Below, piece by piece: positions 51,636 through 63,769 of a stretch of DNA of 64,000 nt; the first letter of the stretch is position 1, and each line of letters opens with the position of its first letter. This DNA comes from Mobula hypostoma (Eukaryota). Where the stretch lies: NCBI RefSeq assembly GCF_963921235.1, contig NC_086097.1, positions 17,608,001 through 17,672,000 on the forward strand. Direction: 5' to 3'. The notes under the pieces are model-generated. The model saw nothing but the letters and a program-made list of their open reading frames with translations, had not been told where the DNA came from and did not search any database. A program made the translations under genes and the position numbers.

Positions 51636-54170
51636 ATTGGTAACAAACATATACAAGAGAAACTACAAATAGTTCAAGTGTAATAGACTTCCAAACTCTT
51701 AATATAATTAATCATGAAGAGAAAAGAAGTAAAAAGAAAAGGATATCACAAAGAAAAACCCCAGAAAACAAAAAAAAAAGACCTAAATTACTGAACTCAA
51801 AAAAAAACAAATAGAACAAAACAGGGCTGAACCAATATATTAGATTGAATATATTCATTAATGTTGTCAACTCCGCTCCTCTATTCATATATTCTAAGTT
51901 AATAAAAAGGATTCGGAAAAGGTCAAACTACATCATATGAAAATGTTGAAGAAATGGCTTCCAAGTCTCTTCAAATTTAACCGAAGGATCAAAAATCCAT
52001 CGATCTCAATATATAAGTTTGCTGATGACACCACAATTGTAGGCTGTATCTCGGCTAATGATGAGTTTGAGTACAGAGAAGAAATTAAGAACCTGGTGGC
52101 ATGGTGCAAAGACAATAACCTATCCCTCAACGTCAGCAAGATGAAGGAATTGGTTGCTGACTTCAGAAGGAGTAGCGGACCGCACGACCCCATTTACATT
52201 GGTGGTGCGCAAGTGGAACAAGTCAAAAGCTTTAAGTTCCTCGGTGTCAATATCACAAATGACCTGAATTGGTCCAACCAAGCAGAGTCCACTGCCAGGA
52301 AGGCCCACCAGGGCCTTTACTTCCTGAGAAAGCTGAAGAAATTTGGTCTGTCCCCTAAAACCCTCACTAATTTTTATAGATGCACTGTAGAAAGCATTCT
52401 TCTCGGGTGCATCACAACCTGGTATGGAAGTTGTCCTGTCCAAGATTGGAAGAAGCTGCAGAAGATCATGAACAGAGCCCAGCACATCACGTAAACCAAC
52501 CTTCCGTCCTTGGACTCACTTTATACCGCACGCTGTCGGAGCAGTGCTGCCAGAATAATCAAGGACACGACCCACCCCGCCCAACACACTCTTCATCCCT
52601 CTTCCCTCTGGCAGAAGGCTCAGGAGCTTGAAGACTCGTACGGCCAGATTTGGGAACAGCTTCTTTCCAACTGTGATAAGACTGCTAATCGGATCCTGAC
52701 CCGGATCTGGGCCGTACCCTCCAAATATCTGGTCCTGCCTCTTGGTTTTTTTTGCACTACCTTACTTTCCCTTTTCTATATTATATTTATGATTTATAAT
52801 TTAAATTTTAAATATTTACTATCGATTTGTACTCCAGGGCATGTGAAGTGCAGAATCAAATATCGCTGTGATGATTGTACACTCTAGTATCAATTGTTTG
52901 GTGACAATAAAGTAAGTAAAGTAAAGTAAAAATGACACTTCTGATGTTTTCCTAAATTTAAACATGATATCGTTTGGGAAAATCACTGAACTGTAGTAGG
53001 GGGATTGGTCTCTTTCCAATTCAATAAAATGGATCTTTTGGCCATTAATGTAACAAATGTGATCATCCGACAGGGTGAATAGGATAGAGAGCTATGTTCC
53101 ATCAATGGCAAACCAAATATTGCCGTAATAGGATGGGGTTGTAAATCAAAACGCAAAACTGTTGAAATGATATCAAAGATATCTTTCCAAAATTTTTCCA
53201 AGAGAGCGCAGGACCAGAACATATGAGTCAAAGAAGCCACCTCAGAGTGACATCTGTCACAAATAGGATTTATATGTGAGTAAAAACAAGCTAGTTTATC
53301 TTTAGACATGTGGGCCCAATGTACTACCTTAAATTGTATCAGCGTATGTTTAGCACATATAGAGGAAGAGCTAACTAATTGAAAAATTTTCTCCCATTTC
53401 TCTATAGGTAAGTGAAGTTGAAGTTCCCTTTCCCATTTATTTTTAGTTTTATCAGATATACCTGGCTGTATTTTCATAATTATATCATAAATAGTTGCTA
53501 TTAATCCCTTCTGATAAGGATTTAAACCTAAAATTTTTTCTGTGATATCAGTTGGGTATGAAATCGGAAATGTAGGCAGCATGGTATTTAAAAAATTTCT
53601 TATTTGTAAACATCTAAAAAAAAAGGGATCTGGGCAAGTTATGTTTATCAGACAACTGTTCAAAAGACATGAAACAGTTATTCAAAAATAAATCATAGAA
53701 ACATGTTATACCCTTCATTTTCCATATCAAAAAGGCTTGATCCATAACAGAGGGTTGGAAAAAAATTTTGATACAATAGGGCTTGATAATATAAATTTGT
53801 TCAAGCCAAAAAATTTACAAAATTGGGACCATATTTGTAATGTGTGTTTAATTATTGGATTAACCATTTGTTTATTCAATTTAGAAAACACAAAGGGAAG
53901 TGAAGATCCTAAAATAGAAACTAATGAAAATCCTTGTACAGAGTAACTTTCGAGGTTTACCCATTGTGGATTTGGAATTATATCCCAATCTTGTGTCCAA
54001 AATATTAAATATCAAATATTAATTGCCCAGTAATAGAATCTTAAATTCGGCAATACTAAACCATCATCTTTCTTGGACTTCTGTAAGTATTTTTTATTTA
54101 ACCTAGGATTTTTATTCTGCCATATACAAGAGGAAATTTTAGAATCAGTAGTATCAAGGGTATTACAATC
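51636..54170 (-). mobile_element. L1/Tx1-clade LINE 3' part, interrupted by a Rex insertion; extreme 3' tail missing
   Basis: ORF 52983-53663 is homologous to the 22927-23634 copy (CDRC..ASLTHMFWSC). Upstream GLVLPNLRFYYW-like RT-flank motif. Confidence 0.88.
51998..52926 (+). mobile_element. Rex1/Babar-like LINE 3' part, young
   Basis: YKFADDTT..WCKDNNLSLNVSK..KAHQGLYFLRKL..FYRCTVESIL. (TAAAG)n tail, with aaaaat duplicated at the junctions. Confidence 0.9.
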
Positions 54171-55393
54171 AATCAATCAACCAATGAAGAAATAAATAAA
54201 TAACTGACCGTGCTCTGCCTTCTCAAGACTAGGACTAGGCAAATGCTGCCTTTGGCTGCAATATTAAGATCCTGAAAAATGACAAAAAATTATTGTAAAC
54301 TATAAAAAAAAATTGATATAAAATGTGTTTTTGTGATGGGAGATTTTAACTTTCCTAATATTGATTGGCATCTCCTTAGTGCAAGGGGTTTAGATGGGGT
54401 TGAATTTGTTAGGTGTGTTCAGAAAGGTTTCCTGATGCAATATGTAGATAAACCAACTAGAGGAGAGGCTGTCCTTGATCTGGTATTAGGAAATGAACCA
54501 GGTCAGGTGTCAGATCTCTTGCTGGAAGAGCATTTTGGAGGTACTGATCACAACTCTATCTCCTTCACCATGGCGCTGAACAGGGATAGGAGCAGACAAT
54601 ATGGGAAAACATTTAATTGGGGTCGGGGAAATATGATGCTATTAGGTAGGAACTTGGGAGCAGATGTTCTCAGGGAAAAGCATGGCAGAAATGTAGCAAA
54701 TGTTCAGGAAACAATTGCATGGAGTTCTGCATAGGTATGTTCCATTGAGGCAAGGAAAGGATGGTAGAGTTAAAGAAACATGGTGTACAAAGTATGTAGA
54801 AATTCCAGTTAAGAAGAAAAGGAAAACTTACGAAAGGTTCAAGAAACTAGGTACTGTTAGAGCTCGTGGAAATAACAAGGTTGCTAGGAAGGAGCTTAAG
54901 AATGGAATTACGAGAGCCAGAATGGTCCATGAGAAGGCCTTAGTGAGCAGGATTAAGGAAAACCCCAAGGCATTCTACAAGTATATGAAGAGCAAGAGGA
55001 TGAGCCATGTGAGAATAGGTCCAACCAGCGGCAATAGTGAAAATGTGTGCATGGAGTCGGAGGAGGCAGCGGAGAGACTTAATGAATACTGTACTTTGCT
55101 TCAGTATTTGCCAGGGAAAAAGACCTTGGCATTGTGGGGATGAATTACAGCAGACTGAAATGCTTGAGCCTATAGACATTAGGAAAGAAGATGTGCTGGA
55201 GCTTTTGAAAAGCATTAAGTTAGATAAGTCACTGGGACCAGATGAGATATACCCCATTCTACTGTGGGAAACGAGGGTGGAGATTGCTGACCCTCTGGCA
55301 ATGATTTTTGCATCAATAAGGGTGGGAGAAGTAACACACATAAAAGTTGCTGCTGAACGCAGCAGGCCAGGCAGCATCTCTAGGAAGAGGTGC

Positions 55394-55429
55394 AGTTGAC
55401 GTTTCAGGCCGAGACCCTTCGTCAGGACT
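55394..55429 (-). ncRNA. Minimal type I hammerhead ribozyme motif (intact core, one helix I mismatch)
   Basis: Reverse complement reads AGTC CTGACGA AGG GTCTCGG CCT GAAAC GTC AACT. Confidence 0.8.
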
Positions 55430-56394
55430 AACTGAAGGAAGAGTGAGTAAGGGATTTGAAAGTTGGAGGGGGAGGGGGAGATCCAAAATGATAGGAGAAG
55501 ACAGGAGGGGCAGGAATGGAGCCAAGAGCTGGACAGGTGACAGGCAAAAGGGATACGAGAGGATCATGGGACAGGAGGTCCGGGAAGAAAGACGGGGAGG
55601 GGGTGGGGGGGAACCCAGAGGATGGGCAAGGGGTATATTCAGAGGGACAGAGGGAGAAAAAGGAGAGTGAGAGAAAGAATGTGTGTATAAAAATAAGTAA
55701 CAGATGGGGTATGAGGGGGAGGTGGGGCATTAGTGGAAGTTAGAGAAGTCGATGTTCATGCCATCAGGTTGGAGGCTACCCAGACGGAATTTAAGGTGAG
55801 TCGGCTGGGGTGATATACTGCGTCCAGTGCTCCTGATGTGGCCTTCTATATATTGGCGACACCCGACGCAGACTGGCAGACCACTTTGCTGAACACCTAC
55901 GCTCTGTCCGCCAGAGAAAGCAGGATCTCCCCGTGGCCACACATTTTAATTCCACATCCCATTCCCATTCTGACATGTCTATCCACGGCCTCCTCTACTG
56001 TAAAGATGAAGCCACACTCAGGTTGGAGGAACAACACCTTATATTCCGTCTGGGTAGCCTCCAACCTGATGGCATGAACATCGACTTCTCTAACTTGCGC
56101 TAAGGTTCCACCTCCCCCTCGTACCCCATCTGTTACTTATTTTTATACACACATTCTTTCTCTCACTCTCCTTTTTCTCCCTCTGTCCCTCCGAATATAT
56201 ACCTTGCCCATCCTCTGGGCCCCCCCGCTTGTCTTTCTTCCCGGACCTCCTGTCCCATGATCCTCTCGTATCCCTTTTGCCTATCACCTGTCCAGCTCTT
56301 GGCTCCATCCCTCCCCTTCCTGTCTTCTCCTATCATTTTGGATCTCCCCCTCCCCCTCCAACTTTCAAATCCTTTACTCATTCTTCCTTCAGTT

Positions 56395-56430
56395 AGTCCT
56401 GACGAAGGGTCTCGGCCTGAAACGTCGACT
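56395..56430 (+). ncRNA. Minimal type I hammerhead ribozyme motif (intact); predicted cleavage 3' of C56426
   Basis: AGTC CTGACGA AGG GTCTCGG CCT GAAAC GTC GACT. Confidence 0.85.
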
Positions 56431-58544
56431 GCACCTCTTCCTAGAGATGCTGCCTGGCCTGCTGCGTTCACCAGCAACTTTTATGTGTGTTGCTTGAATT
56501 TCCAGCATCTGCAGAATTCCTGTTGTAGGGTGGGAGAAATATTGGAGGATTGCAGTTGTTGTTCCTTTGTTTGAAGAAGGGAGTATAGATAATCCAGTAA
56601 ATTAATAGACCAGTGAGTCTGACTTCAGTGGTGGGCAAGTTGTTGGAGTAGACCCTGAGAGGCAGGATTTATGAGCATTTGGAGAGACATAATCTGATTA
56701 GGAATAGTCAGCGTAGCTTTGTCAAGAGTAGGTCGTGCCTTACGAGCCTAATTGAATTCTTTGAGGAAGTAACAAAACACATTGAAGAAAGTAGAGCAGT
56801 TGATGCAGTGTTTGTGGATTTCAGTAAGGCATTTGATAAGGTTCCCCATGCAAGGCTTCTTCAGAAAGTAAGGAGGCATGGGGTCCAAGGAGACCTTGTT
56901 TTGTGGATCTAGAATTGGCTTGCCCACAGAAGTCAAAGGGTGGTTGTATATGGTTCGTATTCAACATGGAGGTCGGTGACCAGTGGTGTTCCGCAGGGAT
57001 CTGTTCTGGAACCCCTCCTCTTTGTGTTTTTTATAAGTGACCTGGATGAAGAAGTAGAAGGGTGGGTTAGTAAGTTTGCTGGTGACACAAAGGTTGGGGG
57101 TGTTGTGGATAGTCTGGAGGTTTGTCAGCGGTTACAGAGGGATATCGATAGGATGCAGAACTAGGCTGAGAGGTGGCAGATGGACTTCAACCCAGATGCG
57201 TGAAGTGGTTCATTTTGGAAGGTAAAATTTGAAGACAGAATATAATATAAATGATAAGACTCTTAGCAGTGTGGAGGATCTGAGAGATCTTGGGGTCAGT
57301 GTAGATAGGACACTCAAAGCTGTTGCGCAGGTTGACAGTGTTGTTAAGAAGGTGTATGATGTGCTGGCATTCATCAACCATGGGATTGAGTTAAAGAGCC
57401 ATGCAGTAATGTTAACAGCTATACAAGACCTTGGTCAGACCCCACTTGGAGTACTGTGTTCAGTTCTGGTCACCTCACTACAGGAAGGATGTGGATACTA
57501 TAGAGAGTGCAGAGGGGATTTACAAGGATGTTGCTTGGATTGGAGGGTGTACCTTATGAGAATAATTAAGTGAACTTGGCCTTTTCTCCTTGGAGCGACA
57601 GAGAATGAGAAGTAACCTGATAGACCTATATAAGATGATGAGAGGCATTGATCATGTGGATAGTCAGAGAGGCTTTTTCCCAATGCTGAAATGGCTAACG
57701 CGAGGGGAATAGTTTTAAGGTGCTTGGAAACAGGTACCAAGGGGATGTCAGGGTTAAGTTTTTTATAGAGAGTGGTGGATGCATGGAATGCACTGCTGCC
57801 GGCTGTGGTGGAAGCGGATACAAATAGGGTCTTTTAAGAGCCTCTTAGATAGGTACATGGAGCTTAGAAAAATAGAGGGCTATGCACTAGAGAAATTCTG
57901 GACGGTCTCCAGAGTAGGGTACATGGTTGGCACAACATTGTGGGCTGAAGGGCCTGTAATGTGCTGTAAATTTCTATGTTCTATGTTCTTAAAATGATAA
58001 AAACTACTGTGCACTAATGTAATGGTTGTACCATAACAGTCACATAGAGGCTTTGACTCTTTAACTCGAACTTTGACTATGATAAACACATCTCATGATA
58101 GCAACTAAGTATTTGTTTCTATCTTTTCAGGTGATCAAGGCTGATCCCTGCCTCAGTTAAATGTGTCATGGAGTTGCCACAAAAATCATATTTATGACTA
58201 AATTGAGTGTCCTATTGCTTTCCTTCCAATACTACAGCTTCTGTCTGATGGTCCATGAAGTGCTTGATCTAATTAGCTGTTTATCAGTCTTACTGAGGGA
58301 AAACTTCTGGGTGTATTGTTACATTGAAAAACTGTTACTGTAGTGAACTCTTACCTATTGAAGTGGAAATTCTGATTGTGGACAGTTGTGCTATAAATAG
58401 ATGAGTAAATTGTGTCCTTGAGTTAGTCAGTTTTTAAAGTCTCTTTAAAAATTCTGGTTTATCATCGTATACTCCATTAGAAATTTCAGTTAGTTGTTAG
58501 CCAATGTAAGTTTAGTGTTAAATCAAAATGAAGGGCAAGCGAAG

Positions 58545-58800
58545 TAGCAAGAGGTAGTGGTAGACAATGAAGAGTGAGAATCCTGCCACTGTCTGTAAGG
58601 AGTTTGTACATTCTCCTCATGACCATGTTAGTTTCCTTTGGGTTTTCGGGTTTCTTCCCACAGTCCAAAGACGAACCAGTTGGAAGGTTAATTGGTCATT
58701 GTAAATTGTCTCATGATTAGGCTAGGGTTAAATCAGGGGTGTCTGGGCGGCACAGCTGGATTTGCCTATTCCGCGCAGTATCTCAATAAATAAATAAAAA
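58545..58800 (+). mobile_element. HE1/V-SINE-like element
   Basis: tgtaaggagtttgtacattctc..cccacagtccaaagacg..ggttaattggtcattgtaaattg. Tail tatctcaataaataaa, matching 1-72. Confidence 0.75.
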
Positions 58801-59228
58801 TATATTTTGTTCCGGAACCACCAGTGGGACGAACAAAAGTAAACTCATAAGACAGGAGAAAATTGATTTGGAAAAAAAAAGACAGAAGTTTTATATGTTC
58901 ATATAAAAAGGAAGAGAGTGGCTAAAGTTGGTATGTGAACTCTGGAGAGTAAAGTTAGCGAATTAATATCATGAAACAAGGAAATAACACATACATTAAC
59001 CAATTTTCTTGTAAGTAACAAGGTATTATAAAACTCGGGGGACTAAAGCTAGGCAAGCCACCAGGACACAATGTCCTGAACATACATTTTTTTTAAAGGA
59101 ATTGGTAGCAGAGATAGTGGATTCGGTGTTTGAAGTTATTCAAAATTCTCTGAATTTCAAATGTTAGCAATGAATTGGAAAACAGCAAGAAGTCATAAAG
59201 ACCAACGATGGAGAACTATAGGTTAGTT

Positions 59229-59381
59229 TGGTGGTCCCCAACCACCAGGCCGCAAAGCAGGTGCTACCGGGCCGCGAGGAAATGATATGATTTGGCGAAC
59301 ACCATCCCCCCGTCAGCCGGTCCACAAGAATATTGTCAATATTAAACCAGTCTGCAGTGCAAAAAAGGTTGGGGACCCCTG
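59229..59381. mobile_element. 153-bp hAT MITE, short member of the 2926-3727 family
   Basis: Same ends (ggtccccaaccaccaggccgc / aaggttggggacccctg). Perfect 8-bp TSD GGTTAGTT at 59221-59228 and 59382-59389. Confidence 0.9.
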
Positions 59382-59932
59382 GGTTAGTTCATAGAACGTC
59401 GATTATTGGCAAGGTGATTGAGTCAATTATCAAATAAGGTATAGATAATCATTTAGTAAAACTGAATAGAATCAAACTCATGTTAGCATGTTTCCCAAAG
59501 AGTAAATCACGTTTGACAAATTTGCCTGACATTTTCGCATATGTTATCCTGAAAGATTTATTCTGATGGACAAAGGCTGTGTTCTTTTTCCTCGTTTCTC
59601 ACACCTGTTGACAGTACTACTATATAGTACTGCATAAGAACCAAAAACAGTGTGGAAAATACCATTTCTCTTTTGAAAATAATATTCCAGTATCTGATTC
59701 AATTAGAGAGATACCTTGCATTACACTTTTAGCATATGTTAGAGGGTTTATTTTTGCTCTATTTTGCAAAATCTTCTTGCAAAAGCATACTGGCCTGAAG
59801 GGGCATGAGCGCATCTGAAAAACAGCAAGAATCAGAATCAGGTTTATTATCACCATCATATTTCATTAAATTTATTGTCTTTCCAGCAATGCATAATAAT
59901 AGAAAAAATGTGAATTGCTGTAAGTTTATGTA

Positions 59933-61545
59933 TAGTGCCTATAAAAAGTATTCACCTCCCTTGGAAGTTTTCATTATTGTTTTACAACATTGAATCACAG
60001 TGGATTTAATTTGGCTTTTTTGACACTGATCAACAGAAAAAGATACTTTTGTGTCAAAGTGAAAACAGATCTCTACAAAGTGATCTAAATTAATTACAAA
60101 TATCCAACACAAAATAACTGATTGCGTAAGTATTCACTGCTCCTTTGATAGACACACCAAATCATCACCAGTGCAGCCAATTGATTTTAGGGGTCACAAA
60201 TTTAGTTAAATGGCGATCACTAGTGTACAGTCAAGGTGTTTCAATTGATTGTAGTAAAAATACACCTGTATCTGGAAGATCCAGCTGCTGGTGAGTCAGT
60301 ATCCTGGCAAAAACTCCACCATGAAGACAAAAGAACACTCCAAACAAATCCCCAAAAAGGTTATTGAAAAGCACAAGTCAGAAGATGGATACAAAAAAAT
60401 TCCAAGTCACTGAATATCCCTTAGAGTACAGTTAAGTCAATCATCAAGAAATGGAAAGAATATGGCACAACTGTAAATCCACCATGAGCAGGCTGTCCTC
60501 AAAACTGAGTGACCATACAAGAAGGGAAATAGTGAGGGAGGCCACCAAGAGACCATTGCAGGAGGAGTTACTAGCTTCAGTGGCTGAGATGTGAGAGACT
60601 GTGCATACATCAAATGTTGCTTGGGTGCTTCACCTGATGCATCTTTATGCGAGAGTGGCAAAGAGAAAGCCACTGTTGGGGGGGAGAAAAACTCACATGA
60701 AACCTCGGCTAGAGTTTGCCAAAAGGCATGTGGGAGACTCTGAAATCAGCTGGAAGAAGGCTGCATGGCCTAATGAAACCAAAATTGAGCTTTTTGGCCA
60801 TGAAGACTATACGCCATGTTTGGCATAAGCCAAACACTGCATGTCATCAAAAACACACCATCCCTACTGTGAAGCATGGTGGTGGCTGCATCATGCTATG
60901 GGGATGCTTCACTACAACAGGCCCTGGAATACTTGTGAAGGTAGGAGGTAAAATTAATGTAGCAAAATAGAGGGAAATCCTGCAGGAAAACCTGATGCAG
61001 TTTGCAAGAGAACTGCAACTTGAGAGATTTGTTTTCTAGCAAGACGGTGACCTCAAGCCTAAAGTCAAAGCTACATAGGAATCGCTTAAAAACAACGAAG
61101 TTAATGTCCTGGAGTGGGCAAGTCAGAGTCTGGACATCAATCCAATTGAGAATTTGTGGCTGTACTTTAAACTGGCTGTTCACTCAGGATCCCCATGCAA
61201 GCTGACAGAGCTTGAGCAGTTTTGTAAAGAAGAATGAAGAAAAATTGCAGTGTCTAGATGTGCAAAGCTGATAGAGACCTATCCACACAGACTCAAGGCT
61301 GTAATTGCTGCTAAAGGTGCATCTACTAAATACTGACTTGAGGGGGGTAAAATAATCAATTATTTTGTGCTTTATATTTGTAATTAATTTAGATCACTTT
61401 GTAGAAGTCTGTTTCCACTTTGACACTAAAGATTTGTTTTATGTTGATCAATGTCAAAAAAACCCCCAAAATAAATCCACTCTGATTCAATGCTGGAAAA
61501 CAAAAAAACATGAAAACTTCCAAGGGTGGTGAATGCTTTTTACAG
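59933..61545 (+). mobile_element. Tc1-family DNA transposon, near full length, inactive
   Basis: Preceded by TA. Long ~210-bp TIRs with an internal gtattcac direct repeat. Disrupted transposase 60321-61336 with MKTKEHS, WPNETKIELFG, PTVKHGGGCIMLWGCF, SQSLDINPIENLW and TKY*. Confidence 0.93.
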
Positions 61546-61554
61546 TCAGAGTCA

Positions 61555-61697
61555 GTCTGTCTCTCTGTCTCTCTGTCTCTCTGTCTCTCTGTCTCTCTGT
61601 CTCTCTGTCTCTCTGTCTCTCTGTCTCTCTGTCTCTCTGTCTCTCTGTCTCTCTGTCTCTCTGTCTCTCTCTGTCTCTCTCATTCTCTCTCTCTCTC
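61555..61697. repeat. (TCTCTCTG)n microsatellite
   Basis: Direct reading of the octamer repeat. Confidence 0.97.
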
Positions 61698-62463
61698 ATT
61701 GGAGTTTGGAAGAGTGAGAAGTCATTTCCTCTCATGTGAAAGCTTAGGACTAGAGGACATTGTTTCAGAATATGGTTGACATTAACTTCAGACAAGATGA
61801 GGAAGAGTTCATTGCTGCAGAAAACTGTTGACGTAGAATGTTTAAATATATTCAAAGCAGAAATAAGTAACTTTTTAATCAGTGAGGGTATTGATAATTA
61901 TGGAAATTAGACTGGAAGGTAGACTCGAAGAAAGTTGGATCAGCTATTATTTTACTTAATACTGCCATAAGGTCAAAGGGATAATAGCCAAAGTCTTTTC
62001 TGGTTTTATATGATCTTGGTCACTTCGCAACCACATCTTATTCCGCAAGGTGCACTGGTTTCCTCCTGCAGTTCAAAGACATTTATGTCATTAATTCATC
62101 ACCTGATCATAAATAGCATGTGCATTTAGATAAAGAAATTTCAAATCTGTCTTTGTAGTTTCATTTTTCTGCTCTGATTCGAATTGGACACATTCTCTAA
62201 CACTTGTAAACAGTGGTTCTTCTTGACTTACTGGTCCTTTTGAACTCTTTTCTTTCCCACCGTTCAGTTAAACCGTTATCTGGAGCTGTGGTTACCTGCA
62301 GTGACTACTTTCCTAGCTCAATCTAAGTTAAGTCCAACCCACTGGGAAATTTCCATCTGCCAAGTACTGTTGTTGTCTCTCCCACACAATCTCTGAGCCA
62401 TCTATTCAGTTCTTTGGTCTCATTGACCCTATCTCAAATCACACTTAGTGCAGCTTTTTTTTT

Positions 62464-62742
62464 ATAGATATCCATTTGTCTCATGAGACCATGGATTTGC
62501 GCCTTGGAAGGTTTGCAGGGCGCAGGCCTGCGCAAGGTTGTATGGAAGACCAGCAGTTGCCCATGCTGCAAGCCTCCCCTCTCCACGCCACCTATGTTGT
62601 CAATTTGGCACCTGTGTCGTCGCAGGGCAATGTGTGGTTAAGTGCCTTGCTCAAGGACACACACGCTGCCTCAGCCAAGGCTAGAACTAGCGACCTTCAA
62701 ATCACTGGACGAACGCCTTAACCAGTTGGCCACGTGCCAACA
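62464..62742 (-). mobile_element. tRNA-derived SINE, second copy of the 8338-8642 family (internal deletion)
   Basis: Colinear with 8338-8642 except for ~25 nt missing after atgttgtc. Confidence 0.85.
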
Positions 62743-63769
62743 CAGATTTCTACCTTTCTTGTTCTTTCTAATTTATTTCCTAGTATCTTCTGTTATTCTA
62801 TTTGCTGCCTTTGATTGTTCTATGATGTTTATCTCAAGCCACCTTGAACTTTTCTCTCCCATTTCAGTTGATCTCCAGCCCTAATGATGTTTTCTCACCC
62901 CTGGTACCAGGCAAGCAATATAATCTTCAGGACAAATGATTACAGATGCAGAGGAACAGTAGTGATTTTCCTTGCCAAACCATCAAGAATTCCTTTCTTC
63001 TCTCTCTAGTTAATTGGTTTCCTACAGCTTCTGTTCTTATCTACACAGACCTTAGAACCTTGTACCTGTAAGATAATTGAAACGATTAGACTTTCGAAAG
63101 CACTACCTTATGAATAACCCTCTGTCTCATATATAGCCATATCTTCTGAATCTCTTGACACTCCATTTCTATAGTACCTGATCTATGATAATTGCTTCTC
63201 AGAGAAAAAAGTGTCTTGGTGACTTTTCCACTCTCTGAATACATAGTCCGATCCAACTTTCAAAGCATAAAAGACCTGAAGTTTCAACAGGACCTACAGC
63301 CACAGACACTGCAGATGTAGTTCCCAGAGAACTCTATGTTTTCTGTAAATTCCATCAGACTTCAGCAGTATATCAGCTACTCAACTATGCCTATCTTAAA
63401 ATATTAATTTAACTTAATCAAATTATTTAACCCTGCCATGATTTCTCTAACTTCACAAAAACACATTTACTCACTAAATTCCATACCCTTTTGGATTCTG
63501 CACTATTCGGACATTCTGCTAAAAAAAAATCAGAATATTCTATTAGTTGATCTCACAGGTCTTTATTCCCCAAATACCCTGACTTCAATCAATCATTAAT
63601 ACTAATCTGCTATTAAGGTATTCGGAAAACTATGAAGTTTCTTGCTTATGTCAATGCAATTTTAAAAAAAAATAAGATAATGGAATTTTAACTGTAAAAC
63701 ATTTGTGGAGAGAGGAATGAAAATATTAATTATGCAAGATTAGAAGGTAGAAGTATAAAGTATAGAACA

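Larger units (their letters stand above)
55334..56526. mobile_element. Non-autonomous palindromic Penelope derivative, complete insertion
   Basis: TSD AGGGTGGGAGAA at 55319-55330 and 56527-56538 (15 bp with one mismatch). Arms of ~460 bp in inverted orientation (55334-~55797 vs ~56035-56491) flank a GIY-YIG segment. No RT. Confidence 0.93.
54333..57990 (+). mobile_element. CR1 ORF2 (APE, RT, tail) split by the Penelope-derived insert
   Basis: MGDFNFPNIDW, LDLVLGNE, TDHN, SCLTSLIEFFEE, DFSKAFDKV, GVPQGSVL and a (ctatgtt) tail. Confidence 0.92.

Noticed and set aside
51937..52494. Host gene (ALKBH8-like/DUF1891) suggested by the KAHQGLYFLRKL motif
   Set aside because: It is the C-terminal region of a Rex1/Babar RT ORF, directly downstream of YKFADD, with a microsatellite tail.
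55334..56491. DNA transposon with long TIRs, or an assembly artefact
   Set aside because: The arms are PLE pLTR/GIY-YIG sequence, differ by many substitutions and indels, are asymmetric at the ends and are bounded by a 12-15 bp TSD. The junction recurs at 51.3 kb.
58100..58200. Next LTBP2 exon after the strong acceptor tttctatcttttcAG (58130)
   Set aside because: The phase-0 reading VIKADPCLS* stops quickly and lacks the expected C-x-NPL..CC hybrid-domain continuation. The next exon is probably beyond the window.
61487..61855. RE/RD-rich or SLCL-repeat proteins
   Set aside because: These are translations of the (TCTCTCTG)n microsatellite.
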